DNA of 64,000 nt from a virus (Duplodnaviria; Caudoviricetes). The notes under the pieces are model-generated. The model searched no databases, was not told the DNA's origin, and saw only the letters and a list, made by a program, of their open reading frames with translations. Position 1 is the first letter of the stretch. Every line of letters starts with the position of its first letter. A program made the position numbers and the translations under genes. The stretch is taken from IMG/VR virus record IMGVR_UViG_3300049988_000124, positions 128,001 to 192,000 of that record; one strand, 5' to 3'. This document shows positions 10,437-21,109 of this stretch, piece after piece.

Positions 10437-12431
10437 ATGTTCAACACTGGTTACCCGACCACGAATTTCGCGTGGAGGGATGATTCCGGTGCAGCCACCG
10501 GCGCTCTGCTCTCAGCTCCTACTGAGGGTCTCAATGTTCCCTTCTTCTTCGTTATGTCAGAGCGCGGCACGCCTGGTGAGATCTACTACGGCGCTGGCGC
10601 TGAGATCACCAAGGCCCTGGGTGCTGGCACCTTTGATCCTAACTCGCCTTTCTACAACACGTCCACCGTGTTCGCAGCAGCGGCGATGGCGGGTCAGGGC
10701 GTCGAGATCATGCGTCTCGTTGACCCCGATGCCAAGAAGGCCTCGTTCGGTCTCTTCTTGTCGGCGTCGGCCAAGGACGTCACCCAGTATCAGAAGAATG
10801 CCGATGGTAGTCGCAAGATCGACGGCGTCACCGGTGCTCCGCTCCCCAAGCTCGCTAGCGACAACGTTACCGTCGTCAAGGAGCCGGGTGTAGTTCTGAA
10901 GTGGTCGGTGCGCAAGCTCGCCGACAACGAGGACTTCTCAGCCCTCACCGTGGTCACCACGACGGCCTCGGGCGTTACCACCAAGACCTACCCGATCATG
11001 GCAGGCACCCTCGAGCAGGGCACCTTTGGTAACCGTCAGGGCTTCAGCCTCTACTCGTCACCGGCTCGTGGATCAACGGCTGCGCAGGAAATCAACTCCA
11101 CGCTCTACCGTTTCGTTCCCTATGAGCTGCCGACGGCGGTGTCCACCACGGCGCGTCCGATCAACGACGTCAACGGTAGCCAGTTCAACGACTTCTCGTT
11201 CAAGAACAGTGCTGTCTACAACGGTACCGGTTACAACTACGCGGCCAACTCGGTGTTCAACAACAACTACGTTGATCGCCAGGGCAACCAGCTCCTCCCC
11301 TATGACTTCCACGTCTACGGCGAGAACATCGGCCTCATTGGTGCAGCTGCCCTCGCGGTTAGCCCTGAGATCGTTGGTGTTGATGCCTACGAGCTCGACC
11401 TGGTAACGGGTACTGATCTCGATGGTCACTTCTTCGATCACATCGTGATCGACGATGCCTCGAGCACGGTGGTGAACGCTTCGGTCGTGAACTACGCCTC
11501 GGGTGGTACAGACGGCGACACCAGCTGGGCCAAGCTCGACGCACTCGTCAAGGATTGGCTGAACGGCTCAAGCCACGGTGAGTTCTCGAACCTCCAGCAG
11601 CATCCGATGACGCACTACTCGGATCCGGGTTTCTCCATGCCGACGAAGTTCGCGCTTCTGAACATGCTGAGCCTGCGGGACAACATGAAGATCGACCTGT
11701 CCACGCAGGACGTCGCGCTTCGTCCCAACACCAAGGCCGAGGATATGGCAGCGGCACAGACGCTGCTCTTCCGCACGCAGATGTACCCGCAGTCGATCAT
11801 CAACGGTGTTGGCTGTCTCCGGGTGGGCATCTACGCGCACGCTGGTCAGCTGGTCGTGGGCTCTGGGTACGACAAGATCGTTCCCTACACCTACAACCGT
11901 CTGCTGCAGCGCCGTGACCTGGATGGTGGTGCCTACATCAAGGGTTCGTCAGGTGGTCTGCCTAACTCGGGCGTTACGGTGTTCCGTAAGGCTAACTGGG
12001 TGGCCGACGATGAGCCGACGCAGGCTGCTGCCTGGGCTGGCTGCGTGAACGTGGTTCGCCACGCTACGCGCACGACGACCTTCTACCCCTCGATCCGCAC
12101 TGTGTACCCGAACGATACCTCGCTCCTGTCGGACGATGAGATCTCGGATCGCCTGCTCTACCTCGTCAAGATCTGCCGTGAGGTGTGGGCCAATTACGCT
12201 GGTGCTCGCCAGCCGACCAAGGACCTCTACCCGCGCATTCAGAACGACATCAATCAGCGCGCTGCTGCTGCCTTCTCGGGCGATAGCATCTCGGTGATCG
12301 CGACAGTGGGTCAGACCGCTGTGGATGCCAACCTGGGTTCGCAGATCTCCATTGACCTGAACGTGACTGGCCCTGCTCCTCTGCGGACCATGAACTACAA
12401 CGTCATTGTTGGTCGGGTACAGCCTGAGTAA
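10437..12431 (+). CDS. Contractile tail sheath protein (phiKZ gp29-like)
   Basis: N-terminal P-FF..SERG..FDPNSPFYNT pattern resembles gp29; about 664 aa; GAAAGGA RBS before ATG 10437; followed by tube-sized gene. Confidence 0.85.
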   Translation: MFNTGYPTTNFAWRDDSGAATGALLSAPTEGLNVPFFFVMSERGTPGEIYYGAGAEITKALGAGTFDPNSPFYNTSTVFAAAAMAGQGVEIMRLVDPDAKKASFGLFLSASAKDVTQYQKNADGSRKIDGVTGAPLPKLASDNVTVVKEPGVVLKWSVRKLADNEDFSALTVVTTTASGVTTKTYPIMAGTLEQGTFGNRQGFSLYSSPARGSTAAQEINSTLYRFVPYELPTAVSTTARPINDVNGSQFNDFSFKNSAVYNGTGYNYAANSVFNNNYVDRQGNQLLPYDFHVYGENIGLIGAAALAVSPEIVGVDAYELDLVTGTDLDGHFFDHIVIDDASSTVVNASVVNYASGGTDGDTSWAKLDALVKDWLNGSSHGEFSNLQQHPMTHYSDPGFSMPTKFALLNMLSLRDNMKIDLSTQDVALRPNTKAEDMAAAQTLLFRTQMYPQSIINGVGCLRVGIYAHAGQLVVGSGYDKIVPYTYNRLLQRRDLDGGAYIKGSSGGLPNSGVTVFRKANWVADDEPTQAAAWAGCVNVVRHATRTTTFYPSIRTVYPNDTSLLSDDEISDRLLYLVKICREVWANYAGARQPTKDLYPRIQNDINQRAAAAFSGDSISVIATVGQTAVDANLGSQISIDLNVTGPAPLRTMNYNVIVGRVQPE

Positions 12432-12444
12432 CACCAAGAATACC

Positions 12445-12483
12445 TAAGGGGGGATAGTTGATAAAATCCCCCCTTACTTTTTT
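12445..12483 (+). terminator. Intrinsic terminator-like hairpin between sheath and tube
   Basis: TAAGGGGGGAT-10nt-ATCCCCCCTTA followed by T run. Confidence 0.6.
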
Positions 12484-12510
12484 CTCACGTACATTAGGAG
12501 TTTTAACACC

Positions 12511-13383
12511 ATGGGTCAGATGCGCGGCAGCCTGATCGCCAATGGCGGTGCTTTTGCTGCTTCCCCCAGTTCGTACACAGCTAATGTCGTAGAAGGTGGC
12601 CAGCTCGGTTTTGGTCCTCTCCTCGGCAACCTTGATGCCAACACCCCGCAGGTTCACCTGCCGCTGCAGTTCGTCGTAACGCACGTTCCGACGTTCTTCC
12701 AGTACATCCCCAATGGTGCGGCAATCTTCAAGGCGCTCTTTGAGACTCACCTGGTCTCGATGGACGGTCTTGATTTCACCTACTCGATGGAAACCGAGGG
12801 TACACCTGTCGGCCGTGATGGTCAGCAGCAGATGGTCCCGACACGTCAGACCCGTTCGCAGATCTCGCCCACCGGGACCTGGCCGGAGAAGATCGGTAAC
12901 GTCATCTACAACCTCGGCCGTACCTGGCTGAACGCCATGCGCGACGTTGACACTCAGGCATCCTCGATGGCTGGTATCATCTCGCAGGGCACCGTCCTGC
13001 CTCCGCACGTCGCCTCGATGTTCGCCGCTGACATCTTCGCGATTCAGTACGACACCACGATGCGTCCGGAGAACATCATCGACGCCTTCGCGATGACGAA
13101 CTTCTTCCCGACCGATATCGGTGGCCACGGCTACCAGTATAACGCGACGGAGGTTCATCGCCCGGATCGTACCTTCACCTTCACCTGCATGGTGCAGCAC
13201 AACAACAACACCGTGAACGTCGCCAAGAGCCTCGCCACGCTGACCAACCTGCACCGTGTCAACTACCAGGACGCTCTTCCGATCGCGCAGCGCATCGAGG
13301 ACAACCTGGTGGGTGAGGGCATGGCTCGCCAGGTCGACGACTACCTCAGCGCCTTCCGTAACCTGAACGGGGCTGTGGGTTAA
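12511..13383 (+). CDS. Tail tube protein (phiKZ gp30-like)
   Basis: 290 aa directly after sheath; AGGAG RBS. Confidence 0.8.
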   Translation: MGQMRGSLIANGGAFAASPSSYTANVVEGGQLGFGPLLGNLDANTPQVHLPLQFVVTHVPTFFQYIPNGAAIFKALFETHLVSMDGLDFTYSMETEGTPVGRDGQQQMVPTRQTRSQISPTGTWPEKIGNVIYNLGRTWLNAMRDVDTQASSMAGIISQGTVLPPHVASMFAADIFAIQYDTTMRPENIIDAFAMTNFFPTDIGGHGYQYNATEVHRPDRTFTFTCMVQHNNNTVNVAKSLATLTNLHRVNYQDALPIAQRIEDNLVGEGMARQVDDYLSAFRNLNGAVG

Positions 13384-13402
13384 TCGTTTAACCAACTGAA
13401 GA

Positions 13403-13434
13403 GTAGAGAGGAGGGCACATGCCCTCCTCTCTAC
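13403..13434. terminator. Bidirectional hairpin between convergent tube and portal genes
   Basis: Perfect 14-bp stem GTAGAGAGGAGGGC-ACAT-GCCCTCCTCTCTAC. Confidence 0.75.
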
Positions 13435-13449
13435 CTTTATCGCATCTAT

Positions 13450-16011
13450 TCAGTAACCAGCAGGGGGTACTTGGTTGTTAGGATCACTCATGGGATCCAT
13501 GGGAGCCGCTGCTGCTGCCTCCTTGGCTTTAGCTGCTTCCCTGATCTGGATCTTAGATTCCACCATCTCAGTGAGATTCTCCAAGCCGTTATGAAGCTCA
13601 GAGATAGCACTAAGGTGATCACTGAAGTTGTTACCCTCAGGAATCTGCACACCCGACATCCCGACACTCTCGAGATAGTCACGAATGTTGCTACCAACGA
13701 TTCGACTACGCAGAAGACCAATGGTGGCACGAAGCTTGTCATTGGATCCAGCGAGCTCGTCTGGGAAGAGCGAGGTAACCAAGTTGGTGATCGCACTGAT
13801 CATACCGTCCATGGACTCGAACTGTGCCTTGGAGGGCGCGATATTCGGCTTGGGTAGCGTGATTGACATTCCCTCAAGGAGTGTCTCCAGTGTACAATCA
13901 GCTGGAAGCTTGGTCTCGGCCTCCTTACCGTTGGCTGGCTGCAGCGCTGACTCATCGGTGCTGCTGTTGCCCTTGTCCTTACCCTTTGACCGCTTCTTAC
14001 CGAGCTCAGGAACAATCTCAAGGAGTTCCTTCTGGAACTCAGCGGAGAAGCGCGCATATTTGCGAATCACATCGCTGATGTGCTTGATCACCGCGTCCTG
14101 ATAGATCTGGACTTCCATGGCAAAGAAGAGATTGGTCGTTGTCACCGAGCGAGCATATTCATCCTCGTTCAGGGAGTTCATCGTGGAGGCTGGCACATCC
14201 ATGCCGTTGATGATCGACTTATCCAGATACTCCATCATGGATGAGTCAAAGTCAGTAGCACTACCCTTATCAGCGGCAACGTTGTCGACGCTGAAGTTCT
14301 CCATGCCTGGAATGCCCTCAGCCTTTACGGTAAAGGCTTTCTGCTGGATCTGGGACTGGATATGCCCAGGGTCCGTTGAGAAGGTCATGGACGTTTTCTG
14401 GATGTACTGGTCAATGAGCGTCTGGAACATCATCTCGGGCTGTTCCATGTTGTTCTCATCGAACTTCAAGGTGAGAAGACGCTTATCCATCGCTGACTTG
14501 ATTGAGGCCAAGACGCGTGAGACCTGGACGGCCATCTTCATACCCAGGGCAAACTTAATGCCGTTGAGCTTGGAGACACCGTAGCCGTATTGATCGGTCT
14601 CAAAGGTCATGTAGGTCACCAGTTCCTTTGGCAGGAACAAGATGCGGGTTCGCTTCTCTCGGAGCATGCGAGTGAAGAGACAACGAAGGGTTGCATCCAT
14701 GTTGGGGATCTCAACCCGGCCGTAGCCAGCTTTGCCTAGGCGCTTCTGGATGTGACCGCCGATGACCTTGGAGTAGAGATGCTGCATGGTCTGGCGATCC
14801 ATGGCGCTACGCCCGGTGGTACCCATGCCATATGCTTGATTGATTTGTGAAAAGATGTCATTGCCGCGTTTGCTATAACGAGCGTCTGCTTCTTGTTCGT
14901 CTGCGTCTTGGGTTACAACACTAACGGGATTGCCGGTTACATCGAGAAGAATGAGGTAACCCTGGTGATCGCCTGGCTCTCCTGGTGTGTGGATTACCGT
15001 GACCGACTCAGGTGGCAAGCGCATGAGGAGCGGATTGCCATCGGGGGCTGAGCTATCCTCTGGATCAACGTCGATCTCGAGGAGCGGCTGATGAGTCGCT
15101 AGCTTGAAGCGCTCCTTGATCTTCTTGTGGGTGGCACGCTTGCGCTTCTCGTCCCCTGCTGCATTAACGCGCAACACTGAGGGATTGTCAGTGAGATTGA
15201 GCGACTCGGTCGCCAGGAACCTCTCCACGGCCTGATGGGCAGCAGCAGTGAGTGCTCCCTTGGGAATCTGACGATCTGAATCACTCATGAGATCAAGGGC
15301 ATCATACCCCAGTGTCTCCAGACCGATCCGCTCGTCTTTGTCAGGACGCGCCGTGTTGCTGTCACCAAAGCCAAAGAGGCTTTCCTGACACAGAGGCTCA
15401 ACCACATCCTTGACGAACGCTTCTGTTGCCAGGTAGGAGTCGTCGTGGATCTTCTCGAACGAAGAAAGAGGAACTGTGGCAAAGACCGAGGCCCCGGTCT
15501 CATAGCCGAACTGGTAAACCCACTGAGGGGCTGCTGTCTTCAAGTTCAGCTTCTTCTGAAAGAACTTGGTAGCCATGACACCGAGCTTGGTCTCGATAGA
15601 CTCATCCACGCCCTCGATATCGAACTGGATGCCGATCTCTTTGCGACTAAGATCAGACGGAGAGAAGATCGAGGCAACCATGAGCCTGGCGGCTTTGCGC
15701 ACGTCGGGCATGAGTTCGAGGATCCGCCGGTTCTCCATGCGGTCCTGGCCTACGCGCTGATAAGCGGTCGACATTAGACCCATGACAGAGCCGATGGGCG
15801 AGGGCCTACCAGTTGCAGTCTTGGTCTCTGGACGAAGCGCTGTACGCAGGAGTTTGGCGCGGGTATCGTTGGGGATCAGCTCGGCTGTACCGAAGCTTCT
15901 GGTAACCGGAGTGTCTGTACTATCTGACTTGCGGAAATCGAATAAGCCTCTCGACATCTTCATGATATTGAGGGCTTTAGTTCCTGAGGTCTTGCTTGGC
16001 GACTGAGCCAT
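13450..16011 (-). CDS. Portal protein (phiKZ gp129-like)
   Basis: 853 aa; ILELMPDV..AA..MVASIFSP-DL segment; divergent from gp128/127-like genes; ATE and GLE motifs in N-terminal third. Confidence 0.75.
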   Translation of the reverse strand: MAQSPSKTSGTKALNIMKMSRGLFDFRKSDSTDTPVTRSFGTAELIPNDTRAKLLRTALRPETKTATGRPSPIGSVMGLMSTAYQRVGQDRMENRRILELMPDVRKAARLMVASIFSPSDLSRKEIGIQFDIEGVDESIETKLGVMATKFFQKKLNLKTAAPQWVYQFGYETGASVFATVPLSSFEKIHDDSYLATEAFVKDVVEPLCQESLFGFGDSNTARPDKDERIGLETLGYDALDLMSDSDRQIPKGALTAAAHQAVERFLATESLNLTDNPSVLRVNAAGDEKRKRATHKKIKERFKLATHQPLLEIDVDPEDSSAPDGNPLLMRLPPESVTVIHTPGEPGDHQGYLILLDVTGNPVSVVTQDADEQEADARYSKRGNDIFSQINQAYGMGTTGRSAMDRQTMQHLYSKVIGGHIQKRLGKAGYGRVEIPNMDATLRCLFTRMLREKRTRILFLPKELVTYMTFETDQYGYGVSKLNGIKFALGMKMAVQVSRVLASIKSAMDKRLLTLKFDENNMEQPEMMFQTLIDQYIQKTSMTFSTDPGHIQSQIQQKAFTVKAEGIPGMENFSVDNVAADKGSATDFDSSMMEYLDKSIINGMDVPASTMNSLNEDEYARSVTTTNLFFAMEVQIYQDAVIKHISDVIRKYARFSAEFQKELLEIVPELGKKRSKGKDKGNSSTDESALQPANGKEAETKLPADCTLETLLEGMSITLPKPNIAPSKAQFESMDGMISAITNLVTSLFPDELAGSNDKLRATIGLLRSRIVGSNIRDYLESVGMSGVQIPEGNNFSDHLSAISELHNGLENLTEMVESKIQIREAAKAKEAAAAAPMDPMSDPNNQVPPAGY

Positions 16012-16103
16012 GTGTATAAATCCTCTTTAAACTCGTATTTGGGGGGTTTACTGATGAAAAGTAAACAACATACCCCTCACATCATGGAAGGTAGATTTTC
16101 AAC

Positions 16104-18305
16104 ATGATTTCACCTGATAGGATGCTGCCGCAGCAGCAGATCTACAACTTCCTGAGAACCACCACCGTTAAGTTCAGCCCGCTTGCTGATTACTTGAACG
16201 CTACCTTGATCCAGAAAGGATTCGAGGTTAACGATCAAGATCCCGCATCGTGGAAATATTACCTGAACATGGTAGGTCGCTATCACGTGTCCGACACGCC
16301 CATGGTGGTAATGTCGGTTGACACCCACCAGCAGATCGTGTTCTCACCGGAAACATTGAAGAATCATCCGCGCACCAAAGCTGCCTACGTACCAGGCGGA
16401 CCTTTTTATAACAGGCTCTGTGACACCTACCCCGATCAGGTAGATCTCATCAAGTCTATATTATTCCCAGTAGAATCGCTGGAAAAAGCAATGATGGCCG
16501 AGGACTTAACGCTCCTCAAGTACGGCCACGGTTACCTCGAGGAGTATGAGGAGTCGGTCCTCATCATGAAGGTCGAGGCGTTCCTCGAGATCATGAAAGA
16601 GCGCTGGTACTTCGACTTCCTCGATGATGAGCCGTTCTTCCACATTACCTTCTGGGCAAGTCTCCCCATTCATCTGGCATCGCTGCTGATGACGGCCAGG
16701 CTCGAACATGTCCACACACCCTATGTTCACAGCTTCGAGCTCTGGAGCACGCTGAAGGCAGAAGGACTGGATGACTATTCAGACATCTTGAGCCGTGAGA
16801 AGGCCATGATGCTCTACCAGAACATCAAGTACTTTCGCAACAATGCCGGTAAGCAGAGTAACCTCGATATTCTGACCACTCGTCTGTTGTCGGACTTGGG
16901 TATTGGTATCTACGGCCGCATCGTTGTTCAGCAGTCCGAGAAGCGAGCAGAGGATTATCAGCTAACCCCGCAGCTGGTCCCGATCCGTCTTCCGGTGGTC
17001 TCCGAGGCTCTGCCTGCTCCCATTGAAATAAAGTCGGTCTCCACGGTTCAGTCAGAAATCTTGGAGAAGGGTCTGACTGACTCCAACTCCGCTGAGATGG
17101 TAACCACCATTGAGCGAAAGCTCGGCGACACCAGGCTGAATGAGTTTGCCACCAAGTTCCTGGAGATCAGGCCGGTAGCACAGAACAAGCCCTACGTGGA
17201 ACTCCTAAACGGGTTCTTGATGGAGACCTTGACGGTCTCGATCATGGAAGGTTATTATTCCAAGGCTATCGAGGTCAGGGATCCGCTCACCAATGAGTTG
17301 ATCTTCTTGAACCCCAAGGAACTCTTGGCCCTCTACAATTACGCCGTCTATAAGTCCATGGGTCTAGAGCCCGAGGATTTCCCCAGAAGCGTTCTCCTGC
17401 GCCATGCGTTTAATACGACGATTGGGAAGCCTGCGGCCAAGATCCCTTACTACAACGGGGAACTCTACGTCAAGATGGCTGTCGAGCCGACGGAGTATCT
17501 GAGTGGTCTGGACTATGACCGGGATATTCAGAGCCCGGCTGAGTTCACCGAGCAGGCAACGCGGTTGTGGCTTCGCTACATGACGCACTACCTGGCTGAC
17601 CAGGGTACCAAGATCGACAGTGTTCGAACCATTCTAGAATATCTAAATGGTTTCTGTCATACCCGGCGTGAGCAGCCGATTGATCTCATCACCGGCTACA
17701 CCAATTACGCTGAGTGGTTGGGTCCAACAGGTATCAATCTGCAGAACAACATCATTCCGCAGTATGACCTCCAGACTGATCCGCGCAAGCAGTGGGGTAA
17801 TCTTGCTGACACGATCATCAGTACGCTCATTCCGATCAACGACACGCTTCGACGCTTTGGTAACTTTACCTTGTCTAACTCGGGCTTCGAGCGACTGCGT
17901 CAACTCTTTGTTCAGATGTGCAGCTACCGCGTGGTCTTCTTGCAGAGTGATCGTGAGACTTCAGAGCACCTCGTTGCCGGTAAATGGTCGACCTATTACG
18001 GTCCTGACCATATGGACACTTTCTCTGACTTTATCGTCACCACCAACATGGATGTCAACCACAAGGTTAACTTGAGAAAGGATCTCACTCTTCTAAGTGG
18101 AGTGACCGAACATCTGGCAACAAAGGTCAGCAGTCCTGCTGGCTATAGTGTGACAACAACAGTTGTTGATCAACACAATCACGCCGTATTGAAGTCTGAA
18201 CATCTGAGAGCTACCTCCACCACCATCGGAGTCTCAGAGGCACAAGGTACCTTGCATCTCGCACGCACGCCGATCATGGCTCAGGGCATCTTTCCCGCTT
18301 CGTAA
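16104..18305 (+). CDS. Virion structural protein, phiKZ gp128-like
   Basis: 733 aa; WKYYLN..G-YH..D..M motif; next to portal. Confidence 0.65.
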   Translation: MISPDRMLPQQQIYNFLRTTTVKFSPLADYLNATLIQKGFEVNDQDPASWKYYLNMVGRYHVSDTPMVVMSVDTHQQIVFSPETLKNHPRTKAAYVPGGPFYNRLCDTYPDQVDLIKSILFPVESLEKAMMAEDLTLLKYGHGYLEEYEESVLIMKVEAFLEIMKERWYFDFLDDEPFFHITFWASLPIHLASLLMTARLEHVHTPYVHSFELWSTLKAEGLDDYSDILSREKAMMLYQNIKYFRNNAGKQSNLDILTTRLLSDLGIGIYGRIVVQQSEKRAEDYQLTPQLVPIRLPVVSEALPAPIEIKSVSTVQSEILEKGLTDSNSAEMVTTIERKLGDTRLNEFATKFLEIRPVAQNKPYVELLNGFLMETLTVSIMEGYYSKAIEVRDPLTNELIFLNPKELLALYNYAVYKSMGLEPEDFPRSVLLRHAFNTTIGKPAAKIPYYNGELYVKMAVEPTEYLSGLDYDRDIQSPAEFTEQATRLWLRYMTHYLADQGTKIDSVRTILEYLNGFCHTRREQPIDLITGYTNYAEWLGPTGINLQNNIIPQYDLQTDPRKQWGNLADTIISTLIPINDTLRRFGNFTLSNSGFERLRQLFVQMCSYRVVFLQSDRETSEHLVAGKWSTYYGPDHMDTFSDFIVTTNMDVNHKVNLRKDLTLLSGVTEHLATKVSSPAGYSVTTTVVDQHNHAVLKSEHLRATSTTIGVSEAQGTLHLARTPIMAQGIFPAS

Positions 18306-18334
18306 TTTTTAAGACATTTAGGACACCTAGATCA

Positions 18335-19192
18335 ATGGCTACCAACACCACGAGCTTCACCCCCATCCAGCACGCCAAGGAAAGCCTCCTTGGTATGACT
18401 CACGCACTCGAACAGCGTTTCGGGTGCGAGCCCCGACTGGACAAGGGAACAACGCTGAACACCAAGTTCGATACCTTCCCCAACAAGCTTCCCGCCAACG
18501 CTCGCCACGTCGCTTTCTTCGCCTGGGGTGTCGGTGGACGGGTCAACGATGATACGCACCTGACTTCGGCTGAGTTCGCGCTCGGTACCAATATGGCGCT
18601 CTACGATATGCGCCCGTTCCGCGCGGTTCCCTTCGAGACCGATCTCTCGGCCGAGGAGCGTGCTAAGTACGGCATGCGGGTGCTCAAGATGATCAACGGC
18701 ACGATGTACTGCCTCTACTACCTGAAGAGGATCGACTTCACGCAGAGTCAGGTTCAGTATATTCGTACGGACTCGCAGTCCGGCGAGCGCAGCTCCTACG
18801 AGATCAACTACGCCAATCTTGGTACGGCGACCGCTGGTCCTGCTCGTCCCGTACACGGCAGCAACGGTGTCGTCGAAGACGTCGCTGACTCCGTCTCAGT
18901 AATCCTGCCTGGTCTCATCACCCTGACGGGTCAGGAAGTCTACGAGTCGGTCGCGGTGATGGACAATGGTGATCCGCGTTTTGCTGTAGCAAGCGAGCTC
19001 GGTTTCGTCTCGGCTTCGATCGAGTCGGTGGCAGTGACTGACTTTGCTGGTCGTCCGTTCAATTACCAGGAAGCGATCTTCGCCCAGCTCGTTGACCAGT
19101 ATAACTGGACCGGTCAGTCGTTCGTCTCGACTGCTGACGTTCTGACGCGTGATCTGTCCTTCTCAATGAAGAACCTGATCAACCAGTCGTAA
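18335..19192 (+). CDS. Virion structural protein, phiKZ gp127-like
   Basis: 285 aa; RPFR....DL..EER.KY..R and YY.KRID segments; synteny. Confidence 0.6.
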   Translation: MATNTTSFTPIQHAKESLLGMTHALEQRFGCEPRLDKGTTLNTKFDTFPNKLPANARHVAFFAWGVGGRVNDDTHLTSAEFALGTNMALYDMRPFRAVPFETDLSAEERAKYGMRVLKMINGTMYCLYYLKRIDFTQSQVQYIRTDSQSGERSSYEINYANLGTATAGPARPVHGSNGVVEDVADSVSVILPGLITLTGQEVYESVAVMDNGDPRFAVASELGFVSASIESVAVTDFAGRPFNYQEAIFAQLVDQYNWTGQSFVSTADVLTRDLSFSMKNLINQS

Positions 19193-19215
19193 TTTCAACA
19201 AAAAAGAAACATGAG

Positions 19216-19247
19216 CATAGAGGGGAGGCACCAGCCTCCCCTCTATG
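19216..19247. terminator. Bidirectional hairpin between convergent genes
   Basis: Perfect 14-bp stem CATAGAGGGGAGGC-ACCA-GCCTCCCCTCTATG. Confidence 0.75.
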
Positions 19248-19254
19248 TCTGTTG

Positions 19255-19605
19255 TTATGCGGGTTGTTTGTTGCGATTGCGAATGGAGTTCACGTGATCC
19301 CTCAACGACATGTTCAGGTCGTATCCGTGAACGTCGCAGTTCTCGAGGGTGGAATTGAGTTCATCGATCGTGGAACACATCGCCAGATTAATGATCATCT
19401 GTGCCTGCTCGAACGAGTCGTACGTGTAATTGTCCTGGATGGCGAGTACTGCGTTACAGAACGCATTGTCGAGACCTGGTTCCGGAGTAGTCTCACCTGC
19501 GATGTCCTGCAACCACTGCGGAAGAGGTACATCCATCGCATTGTTCTTAACGTAGTCAAACATCCGCTGTGCGTCTTCTGGACTGATGTTCTTTGGATCG
19601 ACCAT
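19255..19605 (-). CDS. Hypothetical protein
   Basis: AAGGAG RBS before ATG 19605 (MVDPK). Confidence 0.65.
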   Translation of the reverse strand: MVDPKNISPEDAQRMFDYVKNNAMDVPLPQWLQDIAGETTPEPGLDNAFCNAVLAIQDNYTYDSFEQAQMIINLAMCSTIDELNSTLENCDVHGYDLNMSLRDHVNSIRNRNKQPA

Positions 19606-19627
19606 GTCACTCTCCTTTGCTACCACA

Positions 19628-20164
19628 TCATTGAACAAACCATTGTTGATTAAGTGGTACTACATCATTAGATGTATCAGGATTAGAATTATCGCTTTCC
19701 TGAGGAACTAAGTCGATCGCCGCCAGATCATATTCATCGAGCACATTCTCTACGATAGAAAATGGCGGGCCGTTATAGTTTCTGGGATCTTCTTGATCCA
19801 GAGTGATATAAGTGGCGGTCCTGGTACCGATATCGGTTATCCGATTACGTACCTCCATCCCACGGAACACGAACTCGGTGTCGATCTTAAGGTTGAAGAG
19901 CGTTAGTTGACCATTGGCCACTTCTTGAGAAATGTTCTCAGTGGTCCGGTCATAGTCAAGAGGAATGATCCCCAACGCTTCCACTTCACTGGATACTAGA
20001 TCCCGGTGATCATCTGCATCTGTACCAGTGACGTGTTCGATAACCGGTTGAACAGATACGATGCCTTTACCATCCGGTAGCTGAATCTGATTCTTGGCTC
20101 CTTCGACGAACGTTGAGCCTTCAGGAAACTTGTACGCACCAGAGAGGGTGAAACGAACGTCCAT
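19628..20164 (-). CDS. Hypothetical protein
   Basis: 178 aa; AGGAG RBS. Confidence 0.65.
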   Translation of the reverse strand: MDVRFTLSGAYKFPEGSTFVEGAKNQIQLPDGKGIVSVQPVIEHVTGTDADDHRDLVSSEVEALGIIPLDYDRTTENISQEVANGQLTLFNLKIDTEFVFRGMEVRNRITDIGTRTATYITLDQEDPRNYNGPPFSIVENVLDEYDLAAIDLVPQESDNSNPDTSNDVVPLNQQWFVQ

Positions 20165-20174
20165 GACTGTTCTC

Positions 20175-20489
20175 CTAGTGAAGAGTGGCTTGTGTGTGAT
20201 AAAGCTTCAGAGTCTCGAGCATGTACTTGTGAGCACGAATGAGGAACGCTTCCATCTCAGCCTCGTCGAACACGAAGTCGTGCGCGACATCGAGGTCGAG
20301 GGTTACTTCCTTGTTCGTCTGAGTGAAGGTGAGAAAGACTTTGTAGTCGTGATCATCAGGATCTTCAGTCAACGCCATCTTCAAACAGCGCTGATCAAAC
20401 CCCCGCCTCGATAATTCCTCGTAGACATTGATGATCTTGTTCATCGTTTCTTGGTGAGGACTACCTGCCCCATCAATTCTGTCTGCCAC
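20175..20489 (-). CDS. Hypothetical protein
   Basis: GTG start after AAGGAGG RBS inside the upstream gene tail. Confidence 0.65.
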   Translation of the reverse strand: MADRIDGAGSPHQETMNKIINVYEELSRRGFDQRCLKMALTEDPDDHDYKVFLTFTQTNKEVTLDLDVAHDFVFDEAEMEAFLIRAHKYMLETLKLYHTQATLH

Positions 20490-21096
20490 TAGGTAACCTC
20501 CTTTGATTGCCCTCGATCACTATCGTGGGGGAAGTCGATCCCTCGATGATCACTCCCTCGAGTTTGTCGAAGATTTCGCACCAGTCAGCATATTGCATGC
20601 AACAATCAGCGTTATCACTAAAATCATCCGGCTTGATCACCGTTTGAACGTGACGAAAGACGCCGTGTGGATCAACATCGTTACCAAAGATAATCGCTAG
20701 GTTTCGAGTGATGTTGGTCGGGCAAGTGTGCTCGTTGATGTAGTAATCTTGACCCTCAAGTTTGAGAGTGCCGTCATTACTGAACATATGTGAGTAAAGA
20801 GGCTGATCGAAGACGAAGTAGATCTGTTCCTTACCTGGCTCATCATAACCAGGATAGGCGATCTTCAAGAGCATTAGACCTTGACGCTGTCTTGGTTTAT
20901 CAGTGGTCTCGATAGAGACATTGTTGTTCTCATCCACCTCGCCCTTGATGTAGATACCACAATGCTCACAAGGCCAAGGACCAAAAGAACGTCGCACGCC
21001 TTCGAAGAGATGATCGACTTGGAAAGTATCCGTTGCCCCGCAGTCGGGACAAGGAATGAATACCCTGGAGACGACACATGGTTCAATCTTGATCAT
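20473..21096 (-). CDS. Zinc-ribbon hypothetical protein
   Basis: CPDC and CEHC pairs near N-terminus; GAGGAG RBS before ATG 21096. Confidence 0.65.
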   Translation of the reverse strand: MIKIEPCVVSRVFIPCPDCGATDTFQVDHLFEGVRRSFGPWPCEHCGIYIKGEVDENNNVSIETTDKPRQRQGLMLLKIAYPGYDEPGKEQIYFVFDQPLYSHMFSNDGTLKLEGQDYYINEHTCPTNITRNLAIIFGNDVDPHGVFRHVQTVIKPDDFSDNADCCMQYADWCEIFDKLEGVIIEGSTSPTIVIEGNQRRLPSGRQN

Positions 21097-21109
21097 GATA
21101 AATTCTCCT

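Noticed and set aside
12403-13395. 330-aa minus-strand ORF
   Set aside because: Antisense shadow of the tail tube gene
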